A stretch of DNA of 63,616 nucleotides, filler included, from 6 parts of 6 records of this genome joined end to end with filler, not necessarily neighbours in it, one strand, 5' to 3'; positions 20,765 through 31,112 are shown, numbered from the whole stretch's first letter. The notes: generated by a model not told the origin, from the letters alone. Numbers and translations are program-made.

Positions 20765-20896
20765 GACTTGGGTCTGCCTCTAGAATGCCTGGATTAGGGA
20801 GTTTGAAAGTCAGTTTGCGTGCGGAAAACGTGAATTGGGTGAAAAAACGGCAATGTTACCGGCTCAGGCGCCTCACGCCAAGGGATGATTCAGAGT

Positions 20897-21514
20897 TCAG
20901 TTCAGCATCTGGTCTCGTTGCAGGCGGATATCAAAGCGCACCGCGAGCATGCGAACAATCACGATAAACAGCAGGCCAATAGTCAGCGCCATGGATTCGC
21001 TCTCCAGCAACCACTGGCACACAAAGTACAGCCAGCAACCGGCGAAGGCGATAGAGGCGTAGATCTGGTCCTTGCGGAAAATAAAGGGAACTTCGTTGCA
21101 CAGGGTGTCACGCAGGGCGCCGCCGAAGCAGCCTGTCATTACACCCAGCATGGAAGCGATAAACCAGGAGTGGCCCAGATCGAGAGCCAGTTGCGCACCG
21201 AGAATGGAAAAAATGCCAAGGCCGATGGCGTCCGGGAAGACGATTCTCGATTCTTTCAGGGAATGGGCCCGGCTCCAGTAGCTGAACACGATTGCCATGG
21301 CCAGGATCATGATCGGCTGCTCCTGGTGCTTGATCCAGTACAGCGGGTGATTGTCCATGATCAGATCCCGCAATGTGCCGCCACCCAGAGCGGTAATAAA
21401 ACCGATGGCAAAAACACCCACCGGATCCATGTTTTTGGACCGGGCGACGATCATGCCGGAAATGGCAAACGCCACAACGCCAATCATTTCAAGAGTATAG
21501 ATGATGTCAAACAT
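20897..21514 (-). CDS. trimeric intracellular cation channel family (UPF0126) membrane protein
   Basis: Duplicated motif TALGGGTLRD / TGCFGGALRD. Confidence 0.9.
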   Translation of the reverse strand: MFDIIYTLEMIGVVAFAISGMIVARSKNMDPVGVFAIGFITALGGGTLRDLIMDNHPLYWIKHQEQPIMILAMAIVFSYWSRAHSLKESRIVFPDAIGLGIFSILGAQLALDLGHSWFIASMLGVMTGCFGGALRDTLCNEVPFIFRKDQIYASIAFAGCWLYFVCQWLLESESMALTIGLLFIVIVRMLAVRFDIRLQRDQMLN

Positions 21515-21697
21515 GGGGCAGCTCTGATTTGACGAAATTCGGTCCGGGGCGTGGGTGAAAGGCTGGAAGAATAGCGGAATTCGTCCCGGGATTCATCTTC
21601 AGGCGTTGATGGCCGATTCGGCCAATGTGATCTGTTGCGCGACAGTTACGCGTATCACTGCCTTGTTTCCCGTTTGATTGATCCGGAGTACTGCAAT

Positions 21698-22267
21698 ATG
21701 GCCCTGATGCGACTCGCCTACGCCAGCGAAGCAACGTTTGAAGCCCAGCCCCTGGAAAAGGGTGTCGAACCCCACGTGGCCAGAATTCTCATGGTGTCCC
21801 GAAGAAATAACGGTCGGGCAGGCCTGGTCGGTGGCTTGTATTATGGCGACAACCGGTTTTTCCAGTACCTTGAGGGCGAGGAAGAATTTGTCCGGGAAAC
21901 CTTCGAACGAATCCGTCAGGACTCTCGCCACCGCAATATCCGCATGCTGATTGAAGAGCCGCTGGACGTCCCGACCTTCTCCAACTGGTCGATGAAGTAT
22001 GTACCCCTGTCATCCGACGTGCAGGCCTTTCTGGACAAGCACCAGTTACCGGACTTCAACCCGGCGGCGTTCTCCAGCCACCAGTGTGAGGAAATGATTG
22101 ACCTGATTCGGCGCTCCAGCGAAGACCAGAAACTGGTCAATCACGACGAAGACAGCCCAGCCCGGGTTCAACACTCACAAACCCTGTCTCCCGGCGTCAG
22201 GTATGGGCTTCTGGCCGCCGGTGTGATGATCATCGTCGCCGTGGTAGCGGGCGCTGTAATGTTCTGA
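21698..22267 (+). CDS. BLUF-domain blue-light sensor with C-terminal TM helix
   Basis: RLAYAS, ILMVSRRNN, FFQYLEG, RIRQDSRH, WSM; hydrophobic tail YGLLAAGVMIIVAVVAGAVMF. Confidence 0.9.
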   Translation: MALMRLAYASEATFEAQPLEKGVEPHVARILMVSRRNNGRAGLVGGLYYGDNRFFQYLEGEEEFVRETFERIRQDSRHRNIRMLIEEPLDVPTFSNWSMKYVPLSSDVQAFLDKHQLPDFNPAAFSSHQCEEMIDLIRRSSEDQKLVNHDEDSPARVQHSQTLSPGVRYGLLAAGVMIIVAVVAGAVMF

Positions 22268-22422
22268 ATCCGCCGGCTTATCAGCCGGGCTTATTGCCAT
22301 GAATAAGTAGCCTTGATTTGCTTCACGGGCTCTGTGCGTTTAGCTTGATCCTGGTCAATTACAACATCAAATCAGATCCGCCCTGACGCCATCAGGGTAA
22401 GACAGACAGCCCAGGAGCAACC

Positions 22423-23403
22423 ATGAAAGCCATTCTGTGCAAAGACTATGGCCCGGCAGAGAATCTGGTCATCGAAGACATTGCCAGCCCGGACGTAAAA
22501 GGCAGCGGCGTAAAAATCCGGGTCAAGGCTGCAGGCCTGAACTTCCCGGACACCCTGATCATTCAGGGCAAATACCAGTTCCAGCCGCCCATGCCGTTTT
22601 CCCCCGGCGGTGAACTGTCCGGTGAAGTGCTCGAGGTGGGCGAAAAAGTCACCCGTTTCCAACCCGGAGACCGGGTAGCCGCCCTGACCGGCTGGGGTGC
22701 GTTCGCCGAAGAAGTGGTTGCTCCCGAATCCAACCTGTTGCCAATCCCGGACTCTATGTCCGATGAGAAAGCCGCGGCTTTCATGATGGTTTATGGCACC
22801 TCCTATTACGCGCTCAAGCAGCGTGGCAACCTGCAGTCTGGCGAAACCTTGCTGGTACTCGGCGCCAGCGGCGGTGTTGGCCTGGCGGCCGTGGAGCTGG
22901 GCAAGGCCATGGGAGCGAAAGTGATTGCGGCGGCCAGCTCCGCTGAAAAACTCGCGGTGGCCAAGGAAGCCGGCGCCGATGAACTGGTGAACTACACCGA
23001 GGAATCGCTGAAAGATGCGGTGAAGAAACTGACCAAGGGTAAAGGTGTGGATGTGATCTACGACCCGGTCGGCGGAGATTTCACCGAACAGGCCCTGCGC
23101 ACCATGGGCTGGAACGGCCGCCACCTGGTGATCGGCTTTGCCGCAGGGGATATCCCCAAGATTCCTGCGAACCTGACGCTGCTCAAGGGCTGTTCTGTGG
23201 TAGGTGTATTCTGGGGTAGCTTCACCCAGCGCGAGCCGCAGACCAGTGCCCAGAACATGATGGAGCTGTTGCAGATGTATGCCGACGGCAAGATCGATCC
23301 CAAGGTCAGCGAAGTGTTCCCGTTCGAGGAATATGCCGCGGCGCTTGGGGCACTCACGGGGCGTCGGGCCACTGGCAAGATCGTTTTGCGGGTTGAAGAA
23401 TAG
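22423..23403 (+). CDS. NADPH:quinone oxidoreductase family (zeta-crystallin-like MDR)
   Basis: GLNFPD..IQGKYQ, GASGGVG, DPVGG, GFAAG. Confidence 0.92.
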   Translation: MKAILCKDYGPAENLVIEDIASPDVKGSGVKIRVKAAGLNFPDTLIIQGKYQFQPPMPFSPGGELSGEVLEVGEKVTRFQPGDRVAALTGWGAFAEEVVAPESNLLPIPDSMSDEKAAAFMMVYGTSYYALKQRGNLQSGETLLVLGASGGVGLAAVELGKAMGAKVIAAASSAEKLAVAKEAGADELVNYTEESLKDAVKKLTKGKGVDVIYDPVGGDFTEQALRTMGWNGRHLVIGFAAGDIPKIPANLTLLKGCSVVGVFWGSFTQREPQTSAQNMMELLQMYADGKIDPKVSEVFPFEEYAAALGALTGRRATGKIVLRVEE

Positions 23404-23507
23404 TTCTTGGAGCCTGAGGGGTAGCCTCCCTCCTAGCCTTTAGGTTTCGGTGTGGGCCGCGCTGGGGAACGCTTCCAAAAAACCGCTACAAGCACATCCA
23501 TGTGCGC

Positions 23508-23607
23508 NNNNNNNNNNNNNNNNNNNNNNNNNNNNNNNNNNNNNNNNNNNNTTAATTAATTAANNNNNNNNNNNNNNNNNNNNNNNNNNNNNNNNNNNNN
23601 NNNNNNN
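23508..23607. other. artificial contig spacer 2
   Basis: 100-nt N-run with TTAATTAATTAA at 23552-23563. Confidence 0.99.
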
Positions 23608-23871
23608 GTTGGGCAGGCCCGCACGGGTGCGCGGATAGTCGGTCTGTTGGGTTTCCCAGGTGACGATCCCGGATTTTACGTAGATCTTCCACGAACACGA
23701 CCCGGTGCAGTTCACCCCGTGCGTCGAGCGGACGATCTTGTCGTGCCGCCAGCGGTTCCGGTAGGTGTCTTCCCAGCTGCGATCCTCGCGGGTGGTCTGA
23801 CCCCAACCGTCGGAGAATTGCTCCAGTTCCTTGCTCTGGAAGAAGTTCAGTTTGTCGAGCAGATGGCTCAT
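23608..23871 (-). CDS. narG: respiratory nitrate reductase alpha subunit, 5' fragment
   Basis: MSHLLDKL...[34 protein letters not shown] (FS0 ligands); truncated by gap. Confidence 0.96.
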
Positions 23872-23935
23872 TTGGCTGTCCTTTCGGGTGTCTGAGTCCG
23901 GGCGGCGAGCTCCGCCGCCCGGGAAATCAACTGAA

Positions 23936-26659
23936 TCATTCAGCGGGCTGGGCTGCGGTGCCCTGCGGCGTGCGGCCATGTTCGATGTCGTGGAGAAGGC
24001 CGCCGGGGCGCGTGTAGACGACCCAGGTGATGGCCACGCAGATCACGTAGAAGATCAGGAAGCCCCAGAGCGCGCCCACGGCCGATCCGGTCATCGCGAT
24101 CGAGGTGCCGTAGGCCTTCGGGATGAAGAAGGCGCCGTAGGCCGCGATGGCCGAGGTGAAGGCCACGATCGCGCCGGACTCCATCGCGATCTGCCGCTTG
24201 CGCTCTTCAGCACCCAAGTGCGGCATCAGGCGCGGAATTTCGCGACCCATGATGACCGGGATCATCTGGAAGGTGGAGGCGTTGCCGACACCGGTCAGGA
24301 AAAACAGGGCCATGAAGCAGGCGAAGAAGCCGACGAAGGAACCCAGCCCGAGGAAGGAGATCACGCCGAAGGTGGCCGCGATCATCAGGGCGAAGGTCCA
24401 GAATGTCACACGACCGCCGCCGAACTTGTCCGAGATCCAGCCGGTTCCGGCGCGGCTGAGCGCGCCCACCAGCGGCCCGAGGAACACGTAGTTGAGTGCG
24501 TTCACTTCCGGGAAGGCCAGCCGCGTCAGCAGAGGGAAACCCGCGGAGTAGCCGATGAAACTGCCGAAGGTGCCGGTGTAGAGGATGCACATCAACCAGT
24601 TCTGCTTGCGGCTGAAGATCACCGCCTGGTCTGCAAAGCTGGCGCGTGCATCTGCGATGTCGTTCATGCCCAGCCAGGCCGCGATGGTCGCTGCGAGGAT
24701 GAAAGGCACCCAGACGAAGCCTGCGTTTTGCATCCACAGCTGTCCGCCGTCGGACATGGTCTGCGGTTGCCCGCCAAGTGCCCCGAAGACACCCGCCGTG
24801 ATGACGATGGGCACAAGGAACTGCATAACCGACACGCCGAGGTTCCCCAGCCCCGCGTTCAGCGCCAGTGCGTTGCCCTTTTCGGCCTTCGGGAAGAAAT
24901 AGCCGATATTGGCCATCGACGAGGCGAAGTTGCCGCCGCCAAAGCCGCACAGAAGGGCCAAGACGAGGAAAATCAGGTAAGGCGTGTCGGGGTTCTGCAC
25001 CGCATATCCGATGCCCATGGCGGGCAGCAGCAGCGAAGCGGTCGACAGCGTCGTCCACAGCCGCCCACCGAAGATCGGCACCATGAAGCTGTAGAAGATG
25101 CGGAGCGTTGCGCCCGACAGGCCCGGCAAGGCCGCCAGCCAGAACAGCTGGCCCGGGGTGAAGTCGAACCCGATGGCGGGCAAGCGAGCCACGACCACCG
25201 ACCACACCATCCAGACCGAGAAGGCCAGCAGAAGCGCCGGGATCGAGATCCACAGGTTCCGGCGTGCAACGGCACGGCCATTTTCGGCCCAGAATTGTTG
25301 GTCCTCCGGCCGCCAGTCCTCCAGCACGCGCGGCATGGCGGTGCGTTCGGGGTGGTGAATGTCCTGCATCTCGGGCAGTTGCGGCAACTGGTCGAGCACT
25401 TCACCATGCGCAGCGCGCTCCATCGCGCGGATCGACAGGTGCATCCAGGTCAGAGCGATAGCGACCAGCCCGAAGAGCAGCGCAAAGCATGACGTATAGA
25501 TGCCCGTGAGATCGAGGAGTGCGCCGAAGGCGATCGGCAGGACGAACCCGCCAAGGCCCCCGATCATGCCGACAAGCCCGCCGACAGCGCCCACGTGTTT
25601 GGGGTAGTAGACCGGAATGTGCTTGAAGACGGCCGCCTTGCCGAGGCTCATGAAGAAGCCCAGGGCGAAGAGCGTCACGATGAAGGGCCACAGACCCATT
25701 TGTGTCGAGAACGCGATGGCGCCGTCCTTGCCCTGGATGACGTAGTCCGTGGGCGGGTAGCTCAGCATGAACAGGAACAGCAGGGAAAAGCCGAAGGTCC
25801 AGTACATGACCCTGCGCGCGCCGAACTTGTCCGACAGCACGCCACCATAGGCCCGGAACAGAGAAGCTGAGAGGCTGAACGAGGCCGCTGCCATGCCCGC
25901 GAAGCGCACGTCGATGCCGTAGACGTCGATCAGGTAGTGCGGCATCCAGAGCGCGAGTGCCACGAAGGCACCGAAGACGAAGAAGTAGTAGAGCGAGAAG
26001 CGCCAGACCTGGAGGTTCTTCAGCGGCGCGAACTGCTGTGCCAGCGTCGGCGCCTTGGTGCCGGTCTTGCGGCGCTCCACAAGCTCGGGGTCATCCTTGG
26101 CGAGCAGGAAGAACAATACGCCGATAATGGCGAGCCCCGCAGCCCAGACATAGGCCACGCCATGCCAGCCGTAGGCGACCATGACGAAGGGAGCTACGAA
26201 CTTGGTGACCGCCGCGCCGACGTTGCCCGCGCCGAAGATGCCAAGCGCGGTCCCCTGGTGGCCTGCGTCATACCAGCGGCTGACATAGGCTACACCGATG
26301 ATGAACGACCCGCCCGCGAGGCCGATGCCGAGGGCCGCGATCAGATACATGATGTAGCTGTCGGCCAGCGTCAGCGCCCATGTGGCCAGCGCCGTCAGGA
26401 TCATCTGGCTCGAGAACACCAGCCGCCCGCCGTACTTCTCGGTCCAGACGCCCAGGAACAGGCGGGTGACCGATCCGGTCAGGATCGGGGTGGCGACCAG
26501 CAGGCCGAACTGGGTGTCATTCAGGCCAAGCTCGGCCTTGATGGCGACACCGATGATGGAAAAGATCGTCCAGACCGCGAAACAGGCGGTGAAGGCGATC
26601 GTGCTCAGGCTCAAGGCGCGCGTCTGATCGGCGCGCGAGGCTTTTGCAACGGTCTGCAT
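23936..26659 (-). CDS. narK: fused NarK1-NarK2 nitrate/nitrite transporter
   Basis: 907 aa with two MFS modules; GLAGGSF/GAGNVG in module 1, GFGGGNF/GLGNLG in module 2; directly upstream of narG. Confidence 0.95.
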   Translation of the reverse strand: MQTVAKASRADQTRALSLSTIAFTACFAVWTIFSIIGVAIKAELGLNDTQFGLLVATPILTGSVTRLFLGVWTEKYGGRLVFSSQMILTALATWALTLADSYIMYLIAALGIGLAGGSFIIGVAYVSRWYDAGHQGTALGIFGAGNVGAAVTKFVAPFVMVAYGWHGVAYVWAAGLAIIGVLFFLLAKDDPELVERRKTGTKAPTLAQQFAPLKNLQVWRFSLYYFFVFGAFVALALWMPHYLIDVYGIDVRFAGMAAASFSLSASLFRAYGGVLSDKFGARRVMYWTFGFSLLFLFMLSYPPTDYVIQGKDGAIAFSTQMGLWPFIVTLFALGFFMSLGKAAVFKHIPVYYPKHVGAVGGLVGMIGGLGGFVLPIAFGALLDLTGIYTSCFALLFGLVAIALTWMHLSIRAMERAAHGEVLDQLPQLPEMQDIHHPERTAMPRVLEDWRPEDQQFWAENGRAVARRNLWISIPALLLAFSVWMVWSVVVARLPAIGFDFTPGQLFWLAALPGLSGATLRIFYSFMVPIFGGRLWTTLSTASLLLPAMGIGYAVQNPDTPYLIFLVLALLCGFGGGNFASSMANIGYFFPKAEKGNALALNAGLGNLGVSVMQFLVPIVITAGVFGALGGQPQTMSDGGQLWMQNAGFVWVPFILAATIAAWLGMNDIADARASFADQAVIFSRKQNWLMCILYTGTFGSFIGYSAGFPLLTRLAFPEVNALNYVFLGPLVGALSRAGTGWISDKFGGGRVTFWTFALMIAATFGVISFLGLGSFVGFFACFMALFFLTGVGNASTFQMIPVIMGREIPRLMPHLGAEERKRQIAMESGAIVAFTSAIAAYGAFFIPKAYGTSIAMTGSAVGALWGFLIFYVICVAITWVVYTRPGGLLHDIEHGRTPQGTAAQPAE

Positions 26660-26738
26660 GGCGGGTCTCCGGCAAATAAGTCTTTCACCCCTGCGTGGGG
26701 ATCAGTGCCAGACCTGACGCCACAGCGACGCTCATGAC

Positions 26739-26752
26739 TTGATCTAGATCAC
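26739..26752. promoter_or_regulatory. FNR/NarR-type box upstream of narK
   Basis: TTGATCTAGATCAC, one mismatch to TTGAT-N4-ATCAA. Confidence 0.75.
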
Positions 26753-26852
26753 AAAAACGAGAAAACACTAACGAAATAAATGGCTTACAGAAGTATGTCA
26801 TCCGATGGGCGGGCGCAGATCAAGACTGCGGTCGCGAAGATCAACCGACGGA

Positions 26853-26866
26853 TTGACATATGTCAA
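26853..26866. promoter_or_regulatory. FNR-type box upstream of the Crp/Fnr regulator
   Basis: Perfect palindrome TTGACATATGTCAA. Confidence 0.75.
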
Positions 26867-26914
26867 TTGATTTGATCACAATTGTTGAGCACGTAAAGTC
26901 GAAGGGGGACTGAC

Positions 26915-27613
26915 ATGCCCGATTCCGAATACCGGGATATTCGAAAACTCGATCTCTTTGCGCAGATGGCGGATGATAATTTCACGTCCCTGATGCGGGG
27001 CGCCTATGTGCAGAATTTCCCTGCACAGATCGAATTGATCACTGAAGGAGAACCGAGCGATTTTCTTCATATCGTCGTTTCGGGCTCGGTCGATCTGTTT
27101 TCGACCTGGAATGGCCGAGAGACCAGCATGGCGACCGTCCGCCCGATCTCGACCTTCATTCTAGCGGCGACCATTAAGGATGCGCCCTACCTGATGTCGG
27201 CCCGCACGTTGGAGAAAAGCCGGATCGCGCTGATCCCCAGCCAGGACGTTCGCGCGATCTTCGACGCCGACGGCAACTTTGCCCGTGCGATCGTCACGGA
27301 ACTAGCGCAGTGCTATCGCTCGGTCATCAAGGCGCAGAAGGATCTGAAACTCAGAACGTCGCTCGAGCGGCTCGCGAACTACCTGCTCCGGCAACAAAGG
27401 TATGCTGGCGGCGGGGCTGCCTTTGAGCTGGACTTCGAGAAGCGGCGTCTGGCCTCCGTGCTGGGCATGACACCTGAAAACCTCAGCCGTGCCTTCAAGG
27501 GCCTGCAGCCCTATGGCGTTTCCGTGACCGGCACCCGCATCTCCATCGACAATCAGGCGGATCTTGAGCGCTTTGCGAAACCAAATCCACTGATTGATGA
27601 CTTTTCAACCTGA
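26915..27613 (+). CDS. narR: Crp/Fnr-family regulator, NarR-like
   Basis: cNMP-binding fold; HTH LASVLGMTPENLSR; no N-terminal Cys cluster; divergent from narK. Confidence 0.82.
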   Translation: MPDSEYRDIRKLDLFAQMADDNFTSLMRGAYVQNFPAQIELITEGEPSDFLHIVVSGSVDLFSTWNGRETSMATVRPISTFILAATIKDAPYLMSARTLEKSRIALIPSQDVRAIFDADGNFARAIVTELAQCYRSVIKAQKDLKLRTSLERLANYLLRQQRYAGGGAAFELDFEKRRLASVLGMTPENLSRAFKGLQPYGVSVTGTRISIDNQADLERFAKPNPLIDDFST

Positions 27614-27624
27614 GGGACTGACAG

Positions 27625-27936
27625 ATGACAAAATCCATGCCCGGTGCCGCCGGAGATCTCGCCGAGGAACACCCTGATGTCTGGAAGGCCTATGCTGCCT
27701 TGGGCAAGGCAACGGCCGATTGCGGCCCCCTGACAGACCGCGAGAAGCGCCTCGTCAAGCTCGCCCTCGCGATTGGCGCAGGCTCCGAAGGCGCGGTCCA
27801 TTCCCACACCCGGCGCGCCAGATCGGAGGGGATTGAGGCTGAGGCGATCATACAGGTTGCGATGCTGGCCATCGGCCCGCTTGGCCTGCCTCGTGCCGTC
27901 GCCGCAAAGACGTGGATTGAAGACATCAAGGATTGA
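27625..27936 (+). CDS. carboxymuconolactone decarboxylase (CMD)-family protein
   Basis: LTDREKRLVKLALAIG..SEGAVHSH.RRA motif. Confidence 0.85.
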   Translation: MTKSMPGAAGDLAEEHPDVWKAYAALGKATADCGPLTDREKRLVKLALAIGAGSEGAVHSHTRRARSEGIEAEAIIQVAMLAIGPLGLPRAVAAKTWIEDIKD

Positions 27937-27939
27937 CGT

Positions 27940-28605
27940 TCAGGGAAGCGGGCTGACCCCAAGAAGCAATGGATGCGCCCAGAGCAGCGCCCCGTAAAGC
28001 GCAATGCCTGCCGCAAGCCGCACGAGAGTGCCCCCCGACGGTGCCGCCGAGAGGAGCGGCGCGTCCGCCACGCGATCACGCATCCGTTGCCACTCTGGCC
28101 CCAGCTCGCGGCGTTTGCGCCGGTCGATCAATTGGCCTCCCAGCAGCGCGAAGGCGGCGAAAGTGCCGAACAGGATCACATGCGCCAGATCTCCGTTGGG
28201 CATGACATGGGCCGCCGCCCAAAGCGCCAACGCCAGAAGCAGCGGATGACGCGACAAGCGAATGATGCCGGGCCGTGCCGGGTCGAACTGGTCGTTGCGT
28301 GCACCCCCGAACGAAAAAGGGTTGGGCCGGCCGATGGACAGCGCAAGGATCAGGCAGACCGGCCCCATGACTGTCAGAGGAACATGGACCTGCCATGGCG
28401 CCCAGTCCCAAAGGGCCACATGCGGTGCGCGGCCTGCCGCCGCGATCAGCCATGCCAGCACTGCGAGCGACAGGGCGGAGTAGGCCAGCGTGAAGCCAGA
28501 AGCGCCAAGTCGCGCCTGCAGCCAGGGCCGCAGCGGCGGCCGCACAGGCAAGGAATGCGACAGGAAGAACACGACATAGGCGAGGGCGAACTCGAACCAT
28601 CCCAT
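27940..28605 (-). CDS. nnrU: NnrU family membrane protein
   Basis: FFLSHS, YSALSL, RPNPFSFGG, GIIRLSRHPLL, AAAHVMPNGD; real start MGWFEF, upstream ORF extension overlaps nnrS. Confidence 0.88.
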   Translation of the reverse strand: MGWFEFALAYVVFFLSHSLPVRPPLRPWLQARLGASGFTLAYSALSLAVLAWLIAAAGRAPHVALWDWAPWQVHVPLTVMGPVCLILALSIGRPNPFSFGGARNDQFDPARPGIIRLSRHPLLLALALWAAAHVMPNGDLAHVILFGTFAAFALLGGQLIDRRKRRELGPEWQRMRDRVADAPLLSAAPSGGTLVRLAAGIALYGALLWAHPLLLGVSPLP

Positions 28606-28616
28606 GGATGCGCGCC

Positions 28617-29822
28617 TCAGATCCGCTTGGCGGCGGGCAGACGTAGCAATAGCCCGCCGTAGATGACCGCAAAGCTGCCGAAGGCAAGTGCCCAGAATAG
28701 CCCTGCCACAGTGTTCAAGGGGCTGGAAAATTCGGGCCATACGCCCCCCGCGACCCGCGCGAATACTGACAGTATCAGGGCCAGATAGATCACGACGGTC
28801 CCTGCTCCCGCCCTCAGGTCCTGCCCGGTATGACCAAGCGTGGCGCGTGTCATCACCGCCAGTGTCATCAGGCCGATTGCCCCCGCCATCCAGAAATGCT
28901 GCGCGCCCGCCATTCCGAAGGACCCGGGAGCCAAGATTTCTGCGGCCAATGCGAGAGCCCCCAACGGCACGAAGGCATAGCCTGCGTGCAACACAGTCAC
29001 CAGCGGTTCGGCAAAGGTACGGTGCCCGGCCCAACGGGCCAATTGCATAGCGTGCAACACGCCTGCAAGCGCAAGGACAACCCCGGTCAAGGTGCCGAGC
29101 GGCAGAGCGACCCAGAGGATCAGGGCGAGCAAAAGCACCACCAGCGCCCCCTTATCGAAGGACTGCATCGGCGCCACAGGCAGGACGGCGCTGCGCCGTT
29201 TCACCAGCCAGTTGCGGGTAAAGGAGGGCACGATCCGCCCGCCGATCACTGCGATCATCATCACGCCCGCGCCCAGGCCCAGCCGCAGGCCGTAACCTTG
29301 CGCGGCATACTCGCCTCGCGCGGCCTCCCAATGGAACAGCGCGTTACCGAGGGCAAAGACCGCGAGCATCCCCAGCACGATCAGATTGCGCCAGTTCCGG
29401 CCCGCCACGATCTCGCGTCCGATGACCGTGGCCAGCACGACCGGGAAGGCAAGGTCGACCACCGCCACCAGCAGCGCCGGCAACCCCGCCGAGAAGATCA
29501 CAGCCACGCGCCCGGCAAGCCACAGAGCCGCCAGTCCGCCCAACGGCCAGCCGACGATTGGCAGGCGCCCCGTCCAGTTTGGCACCGCAGTCAGAAGAAA
29601 GCCCGCGACGACGGCACCGAGATAACCGTAGAGGAACTCGTGCGCGTGCCATGACACGGGGTCGAAGGCTGTGGGCAACATCAGGTGCCCTGACAGCATC
29701 GCTACCCAAAGCGCCATCGCCAGCACGGCCCAGACCGCCGCGCCGAAAAAGAACGGGCGGAACCCGTAGGTCAGGATCGCGGGTCCGGTCCAGGCGCGCA
29801 TCTGTTCGGCAGTCGAGGTCAT
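28617..29822 (-). CDS. nnrS: NnrS family heme/copper membrane protein
   Basis: GFRPFF, WHAHEFLYG, GFLLTAVPNWTG, GGRIVPSFT, MTRATLGHTG. Confidence 0.95.
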   Translation of the reverse strand: MTSTAEQMRAWTGPAILTYGFRPFFFGAAVWAVLAMALWVAMLSGHLMLPTAFDPVSWHAHEFLYGYLGAVVAGFLLTAVPNWTGRLPIVGWPLGGLAALWLAGRVAVIFSAGLPALLVAVVDLAFPVVLATVIGREIVAGRNWRNLIVLGMLAVFALGNALFHWEAARGEYAAQGYGLRLGLGAGVMMIAVIGGRIVPSFTRNWLVKRRSAVLPVAPMQSFDKGALVVLLLALILWVALPLGTLTGVVLALAGVLHAMQLARWAGHRTFAEPLVTVLHAGYAFVPLGALALAAEILAPGSFGMAGAQHFWMAGAIGLMTLAVMTRATLGHTGQDLRAGAGTVVIYLALILSVFARVAGGVWPEFSSPLNTVAGLFWALAFGSFAVIYGGLLLRLPAAKRI

Positions 29823-29842
29823 TTGTGGCGTCCCTTGCGCGC

Positions 29843-30754
29843 TCAGGCCGGCGCGGCGGCGGCAATGCGGCGGTAGCCTGCCGTGCCATGATAGAAACCG
29901 TTGCTCAGGCCCGCATCCCCGCTCAGCATCGCAAGGCGAGCATCGGCCTCGCCTGTCGCCACGCGCCCATCGAGCACATCACGAAACACCTGCGCCACCG
30001 CGACCATGTCCACCGCCTGTGGCATCAGCCGCAGGTGCGTGACGCCATCAGCCACCAGACGGTCCGCTTCGGGGAGCAGGTCGACATAGCTTTCGGACTG
30101 GGTCTGGATGCCGTTCACCCGCAGGATCGGCCGGTCGTCGCGAGTGCGGAGCGGCATGCCGTCGGGATCTTCTTCACAGACGAACTGGCAGTTGTCCTTG
30201 GTGCGGCCGTGCGCGCGGGCGTGATAGCACCGCGCCGACACCGCCAGAGAGGCGCGGCCGTAGACCTGCACCTCGACACCCAGGCCCAACGCACCCGCGG
30301 CCCGCGCCGCGGCGGCGATGGCCGGGGCCGACATCTCGGCCGGTAGGCATACATGGGTCGCGCCCTTCCCGGCCATCCAGGCAATGGTCGCCTCATTATA
30401 GGCATTCATGAAGGGACCGATCCGATGCGGGCGCGTGCCGCGCGCAAAGAGGCCGGCGGCATTGTTGATCTCGATCTCGGGCGAGTCCATCTCGGCGATG
30501 TCCTCGGTTGCCTTGCGCTCGCGTTTCAACATTACCTCGGCCAGCGTCGACAGGATCACGGTCTTGCCTGCGCGTTCCAGCCGCTCGATCGTGGCGGGCA
30601 GGTCTGCCTCGTGGAAGGGCGCGCGCTTGGAGCAGATAACCTCGCCCAGATAAACCTCGTCCACGGGCGCCTCATCCGCAATGCGGGCATAGAAATCACG
30701 CCGCGCCTCGGCGGGCCAGTGGTAGGCGATCGGGCCGAGTGTCAGTTGGGTCAT
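29843..30754 (-). CDS. ubiV: U32-family O2-independent ubiquinone biosynthesis protein UbiV
   Basis: LTLGPIAYHW, YLGEVICSKR, SARCYHARAH, KDNCQFVC, NGIQTQS. Confidence 0.9.
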   Translation of the reverse strand: MTQLTLGPIAYHWPAEARRDFYARIADEAPVDEVYLGEVICSKRAPFHEADLPATIERLERAGKTVILSTLAEVMLKRERKATEDIAEMDSPEIEINNAAGLFARGTRPHRIGPFMNAYNEATIAWMAGKGATHVCLPAEMSAPAIAAAARAAGALGLGVEVQVYGRASLAVSARCYHARAHGRTKDNCQFVCEEDPDGMPLRTRDDRPILRVNGIQTQSESYVDLLPEADRLVADGVTHLRLMPQAVDMVAVAQVFRDVLDGRVATGEADARLAMLSGDAGLSNGFYHGTAGYRRIAAAAPA

Positions 30755-30759
30755 GGTCT

Positions 30760-30823
30760 TCACCGCCATTTCTTTGTCTCGAAGGCGCCCTGGGTCTGTT
30801 TCTGCCCCTCGGTCAGGGCGATC
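30760..30823 (-). CDS. ubiU: UbiU, C-terminal fragment
   Basis: Reads IALTEGQKQTQGAFETKKWR* directly before ubiV. Confidence 0.7.
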
Positions 30824-30923
30824 NNNNNNNNNNNNNNNNNNNNNNNNNNNNNNNNNNNNNNNNNNNNTTAATTAATTAANNNNNNNNNNNNNNNNNNNNN
30901 NNNNNNNNNNNNNNNNNNNNNNN
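30824..30923. other. artificial contig spacer 3
   Basis: 100-nt N-run with TTAATTAATTAA at 30868-30879. Confidence 0.99.
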
Positions 30924-30927
30924 TTGA

Positions 30928-31015
30928 AACGCAGAGGCGCGGAGAACGCGGAGAACGCGGAGAACGCGGAGGAGACACGCGATCAAGAACTCTGCGTCCT
31001 CAGCGTCTTTGCGTT
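30928..31015. repeat. imperfect palindromic element built from 9-bp units
   Basis: AACGCAGAGGCGC-(GGAGAACGC)x3-GGAG ... CTCTGCGTCCTCAGCGTCTTTGCGTT; the arms are mutually complementary. Confidence 0.75.
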
Positions 31016-31112
31016 CTTAATTCTCGACAGGCTTCGTTCGCTGGCGTTGGTGATAAAAAGACAGGAGGCTTTCATCTCTTCGGATTGCACAATTGGACCG
31101 GTGCAAACTGCG

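Noticed and set aside
20765-20896. Possible purine riboswitch upstream of the NCS2 permease-apt operon
   Set aside because: No recognisable aptamer consensus or terminator architecture by eye; an Rfam scan would be needed
23831-25492. 553-aa plus-strand ORF
   Set aside because: Antisense to narK; no independent signature
28606-29034. N-terminal extension of the nnrU ORF (364 aa)
   Set aside because: Overlaps nnrS in another frame and is low-complexity; real start is MGWFEF at 28605
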